This document shows positions 63,539-64,000 of a stretch of DNA of 64,000 bases, one piece after another; positions within the stretch are counted from its first letter, which is position 1; each line of letters opens with the position of its first letter. The notes under the pieces are model-generated. The model was not told the origin of the DNA, ran no database searches, and worked only from the letters and a program-made list of their open reading frames with translations. Location: NCBI GenBank assembly GCA_002811645.1, contig PDIP01000063.1, forward strand, positions 197,431 through 261,430, written 5' to 3'. Both the position numbers and the translations under genes were made by a program. This DNA is from Corallochytrium limacisporum Hawaii. Its lineage: Eukaryota; Protista; Pluriformea.

Positions 63539-64000
63539 TCAGGAAGCCCGGATTGGTTCACCCTGGATGCGCACACGAACATCGTCCTGTGCTCTTCGAC
63601 GCAGGAACACCCGCCTCATGAAGAAAACCAGGCTAATCACACCGACCGCGAGACCGATACTGAGAAGGGGCAAACCAAAGATGCCAGTGAGAGAGGACCA
63701 AATATCTCCAAGCCAATTTACGATCGCAACCCCGCCGCCGTCCGGCTCATCTCGTCCAGTGTCATCAGGTTCCTCTTCAAAGTCTTGTCCTTCACCTTTC
63801 ACAATCTGAGTGCTATTCGTCTCAAACTGCACAATAACAACGTGAACCGGAGACGCCAATGAGTCCTGGAGTTCAACGGTGCATTCATTGTCGGCTTGTC
63901 CAATTGGCGTTTGAGTAAACACATCAAAATACCGCCATTCAGAACGATTCGGCTCCACATCGAATGATTGCGCCGGAATGGACGCAATTCCGGGGGAACA
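63539..64000 (-). CDS. HAP2: HAP2/GCS1 gamete fusogen, C-terminal part (domain III, membrane-proximal helix, TM, basic tail); 5' part lies beyond the window
   Basis: Frame is open to the window edge: CSPGIASIPAQSFDVEPNRSEWRYFDVF...NECTVELQDSLASPVHVVIVQFETNSTQIVKG. By eye this aligns with plant HAP2 domain III (CSKGVAFVEEQFFIIKP...RSFKLY...CTAILKDSQFSEVDRAECQFSTTATVLDNG, recalled from memory). It is followed by NWLGDIWSSLTGIF, a TM helix and an Arg-rich tail. Confidence 0.8.
   Translation of the reverse strand, partial: CSPGIASIPAQSFDVEPNRSEWRYFDVFTQTPIGQADNECTVELQDSLASPVHVVIVQFETNSTQIVKGEGQDFEEEPDDTGRDEPDGGGVAIVNWLGDIWSSLTGIFGLPLLSIGLAVGVISLVFFMRRVFLRRRAQDDVRVRIQGEPIRAS

Noticed and set aside
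1-64000. tRNA, rRNA, snRNA, SRP, RNase P/MRP genes and CRISPR arrays
   Set aside because: GTTCGA hits (34193, 39985, 57378) lack cloverleaf context; no U1/U2/U5/U6 or SRP helix-8 signatures seen by eye; the 21-bp repeat has no spacers.

Overview
Eukaryotic draft-assembly window (five N-gaps, each bordered by C/G-rich runs) from an apparently intron-poor genome. Every recognisable gene is a single uninterrupted ORF. Gene content (anillin/rhotekin, Tubby, two-BIR Bir1-type survivin, HAP2/GCS1, E2F-type sites) points by inference to a unicellular opisthokont outside the Dikarya, possibly a holozoan of the Corallochytrium type. I can support 15 protein-coding genes: ESD (partial), anillin-like, Tubby-like, FMO, a disordered protein, class-3 lipase, a 56-aa NDUFA3-like gene missed by the ORF track, ZnT5/Msc2, Bir1/survivin, a hypothetical protein, a SAM+ePHD+H1-like protein, Cdt1, Cdc6, a Q/P-rich putative zinc-finger protein and the 3' end of HAP2. 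Highlights: (1) a TGA-CTA readthrough context in the lipase that would add a 54-residue tail ending in a PTS1 (-KRRLFKSKM); (2) Cdt1 and Cdc6 head-to-head across a 1.7-kb region with four E2F-type sites and a CDE/CHR-like element; (3) the gamete fusogen HAP2; (4) a 16-kb gene-free block with microsatellites, clustered exact motifs and a 15-bp inverted repeat pair. Family assignments are by eye from recalled motifs; no database search was run.
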